In this document: in pieces, positions 22,255 through 29,934 of the stretch
How the letters are laid out: each line of letters starts with the position of its first letter
Numbering within the stretch: the stretch's first letter is position 1
Virus record (IMG/VR): IMGVR_UViG_3300036773_000159
Span: 1 to 29,934 of that record
Strand: one strand, 5' to 3'
DNA length: 29,934 nucleotides
Source: a virus
Taxonomy: Duplodnaviria > Caudoviricetes
Notes under the pieces: model-generated
Told to the model about the DNA's origin: nothing
Databases searched by the model: none
Seen by the model: the letters and a program-made list of their open reading frames with translations, nothing else
Made by a program: the position numbers and the translations under genes

Positions 22255-22565
22255 CCGACGAGCCGAAGACGATCTATATCAGCATCGGGAACAGCGACAA
22301 CAAGCTGACCCAGGTCGAGTGGCGCGCGCTGATCACCCTGGTCCGTTCGGAGCTGCACAAGCCCGGCGTGCGGATCATCGGCGAGTGGTTCAGCCTGCCG
22401 GACGAACCGTGGCAGAACGCCGTCTTCGCCTTCCAGGCCGGTCCGCGCCAGACGGAGTGGATCAAGGACACGATCGCCAGGGCCGCGCCGATGTTCAAGC
22501 AGGACTCCATCGCCTGGGCGACCGCCGAAACCGAGTTCCTGAACGCGGAGGTGTTCGGCCTGTGA
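22251..22565 (+). CDS. Hypothetical protein
   Basis: GTG after GGAGG; TIYISIGNSDNKLTQ.EW...W.S.P..PWQNA looks like a folded small domain. Confidence 0.75.
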   Translation: MTDEPKTIYISIGNSDNKLTQVEWRALITLVRSELHKPGVRIIGEWFSLPDEPWQNAVFAFQAGPRQTEWIKDTIARAAPMFKQDSIAWATAETEFLNAEVFGL

Positions 22566-23050
22566 CCAGCACAGCCAGCTTCGAGGGCATGATCGCCCGG
22601 CTGAACGTGGCCACCCAGGACGGTCGGGTCCTGGAGTTCGACGACAGCCCCGCCCACTTCCCGGCCATGCCGGTCCCGGTGCTCGCCGTCGACCTGGGCA
22701 GCAGCACCGGCGAACTCGTCGGCCGCATCGAGGGCGTCACCGTGCGCCAGGAGACCTACGGCTCCGAGCTGCACGGGCGCGGCTGGCTCGACCTCAGTGA
22801 GCTGTTCCGGATGTTCCCGGACTACGAGGAGTTGCTGCTGTCACCCCAGCCCGGCGGAATCCCGCTGATCGGGTGCGGCGTCGCGGTGGTCGGCGGCGAG
22901 ATCAAGGGCGGCGACACCCCCGAGCAGCTGTTCACCATCGCCGGCGCGTGGACGCTCCAGTCGCTGCACGTCTACGACGTGGGCGCGCCGATCGTGTGGC
23001 CGGGCGTCGGACTGCGCCTGGAAGACATCCGGATGGACGGGGAAGCCTGA
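22562..23050 (+). CDS. Prohead-protease-like paralogue lacking catalytic residues
   Basis: Shares T.DGR.LE, E(L/V)VG(R/K)I and GRG.(L/V)D with the protease domain that starts at 27927. Confidence 0.6.
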   Translation: MTSTASFEGMIARLNVATQDGRVLEFDDSPAHFPAMPVPVLAVDLGSSTGELVGRIEGVTVRQETYGSELHGRGWLDLSELFRMFPDYEELLLSPQPGGIPLIGCGVAVVGGEIKGGDTPEQLFTIAGAWTLQSLHVYDVGAPIVWPGVGLRLEDIRMDGEA

Positions 23051-23532
23051 TGGCCCAGAACTGGGAAGAAGACGACGCGCCGCGCGGTGGCTTCGTGGCC
23101 GCGATGAACACCGACGGCACGTTCGTCAAGATCGCCGACCTGGACGAGGATGGCAACGTGACGCCGGTCGGCCGGGCGAAGACGGAGCCGGAGGACCAGC
23201 CGATGCCGGTCGTCCACGACGACCAGCCGTTCATCCACGACACCGTGGCCAACGAGCTGCTTGCCCGCGGTCGCCTCGGGGAGCGGCGCTACGGGACCCG
23301 GCTCCAGCCGTTCAACGGCCGCCGCGCGCTTCAGGACGCGTACGAGGAGTGCCTGGACATGGCCGTCTACCTCCGGCAGCAGCTCAGCGAGCGCGAAGCC
23401 GTCGTGGGCGCCTGGTGCGCGCTGGACGAGAGCGTGCGGTCCGCCATCGAGATCTCGGCGCCCGACCTGGAGGAACTGCTCGAACGGCTCACCGGCGACG
23501 TGGCCGCCGCTGCCCGGCCGGCGAAACCGTGA
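23050..23532 (+). CDS. Hypothetical protein, possible all-alpha nucleotide pyrophosphohydrolase-like
   Basis: R...G..RYG..LQPFNGR.AL.DAYEE.LD.AVY acidic helical motif; the function is an inference. Confidence 0.55.
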   Translation: MAQNWEEDDAPRGGFVAAMNTDGTFVKIADLDEDGNVTPVGRAKTEPEDQPMPVVHDDQPFIHDTVANELLARGRLGERRYGTRLQPFNGRRALQDAYEECLDMAVYLRQQLSEREAVVGAWCALDESVRSAIEISAPDLEELLERLTGDVAAAARPAKP

Positions 23533-23867
23533 AGGGCTTCTGGGCCTGGTGGTCCTTGCACGAGCCGGCGACCTTGTCGATCACCCTGCTCGCCAACGCG
23601 CTGATCTGGATCGGTGCGGCCTGGTTCCTGCCGCGGGACCAGGCCGGCTCGGCCGTCGCCGTCGTGTTCCTGCTTCTCGTCGCGTGGGGCATCCTCAGCG
23701 CGGTCTCCGACTTCAAGCTCAAGGCCCAGCGCGAGCACGACTTCGAGCACCTGTTCGACGGCCGCGAGACACCGCCGATGCCGGAAGCCGTGCAGGCTGA
23801 GCTGGACCGCATCGAGTGGCTGCAACGCGCCTACGACCGGATCGACCGCGAGCGTGACGACCGGTGA
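23529..23867 (+). CDS. Membrane protein (two TM)
   Basis: GTGA coupling; two hydrophobic helices. Confidence 0.7.
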   Translation: MKGFWAWWSLHEPATLSITLLANALIWIGAAWFLPRDQAGSAVAVVFLLLVAWGILSAVSDFKLKAQREHDFEHLFDGRETPPMPEAVQAELDRIEWLQRAYDRIDRERDDR

Positions 23868-24073
23868 CTCTCACGTCCAACGCGCTCGTAATCCAGTTGC
23901 TCCACGACGAGGTGGACATCGACATTGCCGCGAGCAAGAGGGGGTGCTGGGTGTGCGATCGCAGCGGCTTCGCGGGCCGTGCACTCAAGGCCGTGTGCTT
24001 CTCGGACCTGATGAACCACCCGGTTGACGTGGACAAGTGCGAGGACTACTGGCGCAACGAGGGGACGATCTAG
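23864..24073 (+). CDS. Small hypothetical protein (CxxC)
   Basis: GTGA coupling; CWVC. Confidence 0.55.
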   Translation: MTLTSNALVIQLLHDEVDIDIAASKRGCWVCDRSGFAGRALKAVCFSDLMNHPVDVDKCEDYWRNEGTI

Positions 24074-24086
24074 GAGATGATCATGC

Positions 24087-24215
24087 GTGGGTGGCCACAG
24101 ACGCGAGGTAGACGAGGACACCGCCATCCGGCGGGCTGGCTGGACCGGCTTCATCCTGGGCGTGACCTTCGTGCTCCTGATCATCGGGGCAGTGCAGGCG
24201 TGGAACTGGCTGTAG
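24087..24215 (+). CDS. Small membrane peptide (42 aa), not in the ORF track
   Basis: GTG 24087 to TAG 24215: MGGHRREVDEDTAIRRAGWTGFILGVTFVLLIIGAVQAWNWL; high GC3; AGGAG upstream. Confidence 0.6.
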   Translation: MGGHRREVDEDTAIRRAGWTGFILGVTFVLLIIGAVQAWNWL

Positions 24216-24496
24216 ACCTCGCCGCCACGTACCGGATCGTCCGGCTGATCCAGACGGACACGATCTTCGAGAAGCAGCGCGAGGCCTTGATCATCAAGTA
24301 CGGGGATCGTAAGGCCGCGGAGCTGATCACGTGCCCCTGGTGTGCAGGGATCTGGGTCGGGGTGGGGGTCGCGATCGCCCGCGCCGTGGCCCCGCGGATC
24401 TGGGGCATCGCCGCCGCTGGTCTGGCATCCTCAGCTGGAGCCGGGGTGATCACGGGCCTGGTGGATCGGATGGAACACGCTGACACTAGGGAGTGA
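24200..24496 (+). CDS. DUF1360-like membrane protein
   Basis: LAATYRIVRLI..DTIF...R...ELITCPWC.GIWVG; immediately upstream of the portal; start codon uncertain. Confidence 0.75.
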   Translation: MELAVDLAATYRIVRLIQTDTIFEKQREALIIKYGDRKAAELITCPWCAGIWVGVGVAIARAVAPRIWGIAAAGLASSAGAGVITGLVDRMEHADTRE

Positions 24497-24503
24497 TCTT
24501 TCA

Positions 24504-27122
24504 ATGCCTCTCTGGAGTCGACGCAAGGACCGGACGCCCATCACCGCGTCCGGGCGGGTCATCGACCTGCACGACCGGGAGACCATCGCCACCCTCTCCG
24601 CGACCCGCATGGCCTGGCAGTCGCTCGCCTGGAACTACCGGAACCAGATCGGCGAGCTGGGCGGCGCCCTGCGGATGAAGGGCCAGCTCATCGCGAAGGT
24701 CCAGTTCACCGCGGCTGCCGTCGTGCCGGATGCCGACGAGCCGAAGATCCTCACCGGCGAGCCGGACCAGGACAAGGACGAAGACGGCCACGCCTACGTC
24801 GACGAGCGGGTGGCCGCCGCCGCCGTGGACTGCGCCCAGCGGCTGCCCTGGGAGGACGGCTACGGCTTCATCGGCCGGCTGGTCCAGGGGTTCGACGTGG
24901 CCGGCGAGTGCTGGCTGCACATGCGCAAGGACCAGTTCGGCGACGAGAAGTGGACGGTCCGCTCAACCAGCGAAGTGATTCCGTCGGTCGGTGGCGGGCT
25001 GGGCATCATCGAGGTCCCCGGCCGCGGGGCGCGCGAGATCAAGCCGGACTCCGGTGAAGTCCTGATCCGGCTGTGGGTCCCGCACCCCGAGTACGACGAG
25101 CTGGCGGACTCCGCGCTCCGGGCGCTGCTCGATGTGTGCGAGGAGATCGTGCTGGCCGGCCGGGAGATCCGCGCCGCGAGCATGAGCCGCATCGCCTCGA
25201 ACGGCATCCTGTTCATTCCGTCGGGCTGCTCGATGGTTCGCGACGGCGAGCCCACCGCGACCCCGGAGAACGACAGCTTCCTGTCCGGCTTCACCACGGC
25301 CATGACCCAGCCGATCAACAACGAGGGCCACCCGTCCGCGGTGGTGCCGATCCTGATCCAGGGCGACGCTGAAGACGGCAAGGAGATCCGCCACATCACG
25401 CTGGTCCGGGAGACCGACGACGAGCTGATGAACCGGCTGTCGCGCAACCTGGACCGCGTCGGGGACAGCATCGACCTGCCGAGTCAGGCCATGCGCGGTA
25501 TCCAGGACGCGAACCACTGGACGGCGTGGCTGATCGACGCCCAGGCCTTCAAGAACCACCTGGAGCCCACGTGCCGGCTGATCGTCGACTCGCTGACGAA
25601 CTCCTGGTTCCGCCGCATGCTGATGCTGTCGGTGGACGACGGCGGCTACGGGCTGACCAAGGAGGAGGCCAAGAGCGTCCGGCTGTGGTACGCCGCGGGC
25701 AACCTGACGGAGAACGCGAACCGCTCGCAGGACGCTGACCAGGCGATGGACCGGGGTGCCATCAGCTTCAAGGCCTACCGCACGGCGAAGGGCTTCGGCG
25801 AGGACGACGCACCGCAGGAAGAAGACCTCCAGCAGATCATGATGATCAAGGCGACGCGGCCGGACCCGAACACGCTGACCCAGATCGCCGCGGAACTGCT
25901 CGGGGTGAAGGCGATCATCCCGAACAACGATCGCATCCTGGACGCCAACGGCAACCCGATCCAGCCGCCCGCCGCGCCCGGCACGCCGCCGGTCATCACC
26001 TCCGCGCCGGTCAAGCAGGTCGGCCCAGGTCAGGCCGCGCCGCCCCAGGGAACTCCCCAGGCGGCACCGCCCGGCGCCAGGGTCGCGAGTGCGGCAGATC
26101 CGCAGGGAGTACTCGATTCAGTAAAGATCATCACGGGCGATCGGCTGGCCGACCTCGATCACGACCTCATCGAGCGCATCCGGGCGACCGCCGAAGCTGA
26201 CCTTCAGCGGGCCCTGGAGAAGGCCGGCGCCAAGATCAAGGCCCAGGTGCAGGGCCGGAAGTTCACCGCGCTGGCCGCGGAGCTGAAGGACGTGCCGCCC
26301 GCGCTGGCCGGCCGGACGCTGGGCCAGGTGCGCGTCACCGAGCTGGGGCTCACTGAAGACGTGCTGCTCACGCTGGCCTTCTCCTACCTGGCCAGCAAGT
26401 TCGCCCAGTGGTCGGCGGCCACCATCAAGGCCTCGGTGAAGACGGTCGCCGGCATGGTCGGTCTGCCGCTCACCGCGGTCGCCGCGCTCACCCAGGCCAT
26501 GACCGACCGCATCCCCGCGGCCTGGAAGAAGCTCGAAGGCACGCTCCGCTCGCGCGCCACCGACGCCATGTACGGCCGCCACGGCGACCAGCTCCGCGGC
26601 GAGGTGCCGGACTCGGTGATCCTGCCGGGAGACATCCGTGAGGCTCTGGCCGAGATCGGCGGACCGCACGCCGGGCCGGGCGGGATCGCCCTCGGTGGCG
26701 ACCTGCTCCGCGCCGTCGACACCCACGCGGAGCGGATCGGGTTCACCTGGCGCTACGGCATCACCCCGCGGGCGAACACCTTCGAGCCCCACTACGCGCT
26801 GGCCGGCCGGAAGTTCGAGGGCTTCGATGATGCCGCCCTCGCCGCGCCGCCGGGCTACGAGTGGGTGGGCACGCACCTGAAGCCGGGCGACCACTCCGGC
26901 TGCATGTGCGACACCGTCTACGCCTGGGCGCTGGACGATGCCGACAACATCGCGAGGATGGCCGACCTCCCGGATTCGCCGTCAGCGCACGCCGATCGGG
27001 TGCTGGCCGGGCTCGACGAAGCGGCTGGCCGGACGGGCACGTGGGGCCAGCGCACCACCGCGGAGCGGAACCGTATCGTCGAGGTCCAGCGAGCTTGGAT
27101 CGAGCGAAGGGCACCCCGGTGA
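24504..27122 (+). CDS. Portal protein fused to a C-terminal MuF-like head morphogenesis domain
   Basis: Actinophage portal motifs (VAGECWL, RLWVPHP...ADS, SRIASNGILFIP, SAVVPI, NHWTAW); Pro-rich linker; C-terminal W...R..FEPH..L.G...PGDH.GC.C. Confidence 0.85.
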   Translation: MPLWSRRKDRTPITASGRVIDLHDRETIATLSATRMAWQSLAWNYRNQIGELGGALRMKGQLIAKVQFTAAAVVPDADEPKILTGEPDQDKDEDGHAYVDERVAAAAVDCAQRLPWEDGYGFIGRLVQGFDVAGECWLHMRKDQFGDEKWTVRSTSEVIPSVGGGLGIIEVPGRGAREIKPDSGEVLIRLWVPHPEYDELADSALRALLDVCEEIVLAGREIRAASMSRIASNGILFIPSGCSMVRDGEPTATPENDSFLSGFTTAMTQPINNEGHPSAVVPILIQGDAEDGKEIRHITLVRETDDELMNRLSRNLDRVGDSIDLPSQAMRGIQDANHWTAWLIDAQAFKNHLEPTCRLIVDSLTNSWFRRMLMLSVDDGGYGLTKEEAKSVRLWYAAGNLTENANRSQDADQAMDRGAISFKAYRTAKGFGEDDAPQEEDLQQIMMIKATRPDPNTLTQIAAELLGVKAIIPNNDRILDANGNPIQPPAAPGTPPVITSAPVKQVGPGQAAPPQGTPQAAPPGARVASAADPQGVLDSVKIITGDRLADLDHDLIERIRATAEADLQRALEKAGAKIKAQVQGRKFTALAAELKDVPPALAGRTLGQVRVTELGLTEDVLLTLAFSYLASKFAQWSAATIKASVKTVAGMVGLPLTAVAALTQAMTDRIPAAWKKLEGTLRSRATDAMYGRHGDQLRGEVPDSVILPGDIREALAEIGGPHAGPGGIALGGDLLRAVDTHAERIGFTWRYGITPRANTFEPHYALAGRKFEGFDDAALAAPPGYEWVGTHLKPGDHSGCMCDTVYAWALDDADNIARMADLPDSPSAHADRVLAGLDEAAGRTGTWGQRTTAERNRIVEVQRAWIERRAPR

Positions 27123-27364
27123 AGATCGGCGATATGGTCCACTACGTCAGCTACGGCACGCCCGGCGGCGAGTACACCAGCCAGTGCCGCGCGGCCGTGA
27201 TCACCGAGATCACCAGCGAGGGCGGGTTCGACGGCATCACGCCGATGCGCGCTTCGCTGTGCGTGCTCAACCCCTCCGGCCTCTTCTTCAACGAGAACGC
27301 CGCGCGGTCGGACGACATGCGCACCGGCGGCACCTGGCACCTGATGGAGGCATGCCGTGGCTGA
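27119..27364 (+). CDS. Small hypothetical phage protein
   Basis: GTGA overlap; IGDMVHYVSYGTPGGEY..CRAA.IT...VLNP.GLFF...GGTWH. Confidence 0.8.
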   Translation: MKIGDMVHYVSYGTPGGEYTSQCRAAVITEITSEGGFDGITPMRASLCVLNPSGLFFNENAARSDDMRTGGTWHLMEACRG

Positions 27365-29522
27365 CGAGCAGACCGGCGGCATGATCGCCCTCATCCCGGA
27401 CGACCCGGGCCGCTACACGGTTTCCGGCGGCGACCCGGTCGGCGAGATGCACTGCACGCTGTGCTTCCTCGGTGACGACGTTACGGCCCTCCCGGCAGTC
27501 ATGGTCGACACGCTGAAGAGTCAGGTGGCCGCACTCGCGCTCAATCGCGGGCCGCTGTCGGTGCGCATCCTCGGTACGGCCATCTGGAACCGCGACGGCG
27601 GGCCCACTGGCGAGTTCAAGCCCGCCACGGTGACCGCGCTTCAGCCCGGTGACCACGACGGTGACGAGGACGACCAGCTCGACATGCTGGCCGACCGCGC
27701 CGGCGGGATCGCCGCTGACACGCTGGGCGCGCTCTATCCCGAGCAGCACGAGCCGTACCTCCCGCACATCACCGCCGGGTTCGACCTGGACCCGGGCGTG
27801 CTGCCGACGGCCGACGGAGAAGCATCGTTCTCCACGATCCGGCTCGCGCTGGGCGGGCAGCACTTCGACTTCCCGCTGATCGCGAGCAGCGACCAGGACA
27901 CCTACGCCACCGAAGGAGTGACCGAGATGGCCGAAGCCACGAAGGACCGCGAGGCCGCTACCCAGGGGTTGCCGGCGTTCTGGCCGTGCCTCGCCGTCGA
28001 GGGCATGGAGACCGCCGACGGGCGCTACCTGGAGCCCGGCACCATCGAGTTCCGCCAGCCGCCGCTGAGCGTGTTCGCGCAGACGGTCAACACGGGCAAC
28101 GGCGGCCACAGCGGCGCCGAAGTCGTCGGCAAGATCAACGAACTGTGGAAGATCCCCGGCGAGGAGTTCGTCTCCAAGCAGACCGGCGAGCCGCTTCCGA
28201 AGGGCACCTTCGTGTGGCAGGGCCGCGGTGAGGTCGACGGCGACAGCAAGGGCGGCGACTACGCCCGGCGTGGCTACCTCACCGGCAACTCGGTGGACCT
28301 GTCCGAGGGTGATTTCACCGACGACGTGACCTACGCCGAGGACGGCACCGAGTCCCACCGCGTCACCGTCTCGAACGCCAAGATCGCGGCCACCACGCTG
28401 TGCGCCATCCCGGCCTTCCCCGACGGCTACGTGGAGATCGACGGCGAGAGGCCGACCATCGCCGCCGACGACGAGGTGCCGGAGGACCAGCGCACGCCCG
28501 AGGGCCTCGCGGCGTACCTGCTCCAGCACGGCGTCCAGGCGGTCACCGCGTCCATCGCCATCCCCGAATACGGCGACACCTGCTCTCCGTGCTTGGCCGG
28601 CGAGATGGCGCTGCCGCCCGCGTTCCTGAAGAACGCCAAGAAGAAGAAGGCGGCGGCCGACGAGGCAGACGAGAACGCCGACGGCACGAAGAAGAAGGCG
28701 AAGCCCGCGTTCCTGAAGAAGAAGGGGCTCGCCGACCTGCCGCCGCTCGACTGGTTCACCGACCCCGGGCTGAACGAGCCCACGCCGTTGACCTTCACCG
28801 ACGACGGCCGCGTGTTCGGCCACATCGCCACCTGGAACACGTGCCACATCGGCGTGTCCAAGCGGTGCACCCCGCCGCCGAAGTCGGCATCCGACTACGC
28901 CTACTTCAACACGGGCGCGATGCGTGTGGCCGACGGCGACGAGGTGCGCACCGTCGGCGTGGGGCACCTGACCATGAACACGGGCCACGCGAGCTTGTCG
29001 GCCAGCGTCGACGAGACGACCAGCCACTACGACAACACGGGCACCGTGGCCGCCGACCTGGCCGCCGGTGAGGACCGGCACGGAATCTGGGTGGCCGGCC
29101 GGGTTCGCCCCGAGCTGTCCGAAGTCGACCTGACGAAGCTGATGGCCGCGCCGCCGTCCGGCGACTGGCGCGGGGTGGGCGGTCGCCTGGAGATGGTGGG
29201 CGTGCTCGCGGTCAACGTGCCCGGCTATCCGGTCCCGCGGGCTCGCGTCGCGTCCGGCGTCGGCCAGGTGGCGCTCGTCGCGGCCGGCGCCACCCGCCCC
29301 GCCGCAGAGTTCGGGCCGGACGGCATGGACCTGAAGGCCTTCGCGAAGATGGTCGCCGCGGAGCTGAGCAACCTCCTGGGTGACTGGGCGCGGTCGCCGA
29401 TGGACGGCCCGGACAAGCTTGCCGCCGAGCAGGAGCAGCTGAGCCTGGAGATCATTCAGGGGGGCCTGCTCGACGAGGTGGTGCGCCCTTTCCCGCCGGC
29501 TTCGAGTGGGACGGTGGGCTGA
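27357..29522 (+). CDS. Capsid maturation protease fused to an N-terminal 2H phosphoesterase domain
   Basis: Two HxT motifs (MHCTL, PHITA); protease domain ETADGR...GGH..VVGKI...GNSVD; C-terminal GRVFGHIA.W.TCHIG...HYDNT...GED.HGIWVAG domain typical of actinophage maturation proteases. Confidence 0.85.
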   Translation: MADEQTGGMIALIPDDPGRYTVSGGDPVGEMHCTLCFLGDDVTALPAVMVDTLKSQVAALALNRGPLSVRILGTAIWNRDGGPTGEFKPATVTALQPGDHDGDEDDQLDMLADRAGGIAADTLGALYPEQHEPYLPHITAGFDLDPGVLPTADGEASFSTIRLALGGQHFDFPLIASSDQDTYATEGVTEMAEATKDREAATQGLPAFWPCLAVEGMETADGRYLEPGTIEFRQPPLSVFAQTVNTGNGGHSGAEVVGKINELWKIPGEEFVSKQTGEPLPKGTFVWQGRGEVDGDSKGGDYARRGYLTGNSVDLSEGDFTDDVTYAEDGTESHRVTVSNAKIAATTLCAIPAFPDGYVEIDGERPTIAADDEVPEDQRTPEGLAAYLLQHGVQAVTASIAIPEYGDTCSPCLAGEMALPPAFLKNAKKKKAAADEADENADGTKKKAKPAFLKKKGLADLPPLDWFTDPGLNEPTPLTFTDDGRVFGHIATWNTCHIGVSKRCTPPPKSASDYAYFNTGAMRVADGDEVRTVGVGHLTMNTGHASLSASVDETTSHYDNTGTVAADLAAGEDRHGIWVAGRVRPELSEVDLTKLMAAPPSGDWRGVGGRLEMVGVLAVNVPGYPVPRARVASGVGQVALVAAGATRPAAEFGPDGMDLKAFAKMVAAELSNLLGDWARSPMDGPDKLAAEQEQLSLEIIQGGLLDEVVRPFPPASSGTVG
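29486..29492 (+). other. -1 programmed ribosomal frameshift site (C CCT TTC)
   Basis: X XXY YYZ heptamer in the zero frame of the protease gene; the -1 frame is open to TAA 29773. Confidence 0.7.
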
Positions 29523-29773
29523 CCGAGTTCAACTGGGTCGACGACGTGGGCGGGCTGCCCAGCTTCATCAAGCGGATCAAGGTCCACTTGGAGGAGAAGG
29601 GCATGCCCACCTCACGTGCCATCGCCACCGCGGTCAACGTCGTGAAGCGCATGTGTGCGACGGGGGACACGAACTTCCCCGGCAAGCAGAACGTCAACGC
29701 CGGATCGCGGGCACAGGCCTGCGCCGCGGTTGCCGACTGGGAAGCGAAGAAGGCCAGAGCCCACGCGAAGTAA
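29492..29773 (+). CDS. C-terminal extension of the protease reached by -1 frameshift (or small gene from GTG 29546)
   Basis: PAGFEWDGGLTEFNWVDDVGGLPSFIKRI...; high GC3 begins at the slip site; no RBS at 29546. Confidence 0.7.
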   Translation, partial: PAGFEWDGGLTEFNWVDDVGGLPSFIKRIKVHLEEKGMPTSRAIATAVNVVKRMCATGDTNFPGKQNVNAGSRAQACAAVADWEAKKARAHAK

Positions 29774-29784
29774 AGGGGGCTGAC

Positions 29785-29934
29785 GTGGTCGGCACGCATC
29801 CGTACATCGCCGGTCGCTGGCAGCAGTCCCTCGCCCTCACGGTCGGTCAGATCGTTGTAGCCGTCATGAACGTCTTCCCGGGTCTCGCCTACCCGCGTAA
29901 CCCGCTCACCACGAAGGTCGTGCTCCAGCTGGCG
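29785..29934 (+). CDS. 5' part of probable membrane protein (truncated by window)
   Basis: GTG after AAGGGGG; frame open to the window end. Confidence 0.55.
   Translation, partial: MVGTHPYIAGRWQQSLALTVGQIVVAVMNVFPGLAYPRNPLTTKVVLQLA

Noticed and set aside
1-29934. Integrase, repressor, att sites, IS elements, rRNA
   Set aside because: No recognisable motifs in this window; a temperate or plasmid-like lifestyle is only inferred from Ltp and TraB.

Overview
About 30 kb of a high-GC tailed actinobacteriophage or prophage; the host is probably a filamentous actinomycete (inference from GC content, WhiB and the TraB/Spd genes). Gene order: wHTH protein, HTH replication initiator, DnaB-N/AAA helicase, lysis block (papain-like peptidase, GH25 lysozyme, holin), RusA-like resolvase, three virion/fibre-like genes (one with an SGNH hydrolase domain), small and large terminase. 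A ~12.4 kb accessory block then precedes the portal-MuF fusion and a 2H-phosphoesterase/prohead-protease fusion. Main observations: (1) an inverted three-gene TraB(FtsK)/DUF2637(Spd-like) conjugation-type module whose coding DNA is densely packed with frame-independent GGWCC sites; (2) ten intergenic CCCCC-N5-7-GGGGG boxes, mostly within sigma70-type promoters, several apparently leaderless; (3) a canonical -1 slippery site and an internal start in the protease gene; (4) an internal start in the endolysin; (5) a catalytically degenerate protease paralogue; (6) a stand-alone ~140 nt candidate sRNA; (7) a tRNA-minihelix-like element with a G3-U70 pair. All calls come from reading motifs by eye; no database search was run and site counts are manual.
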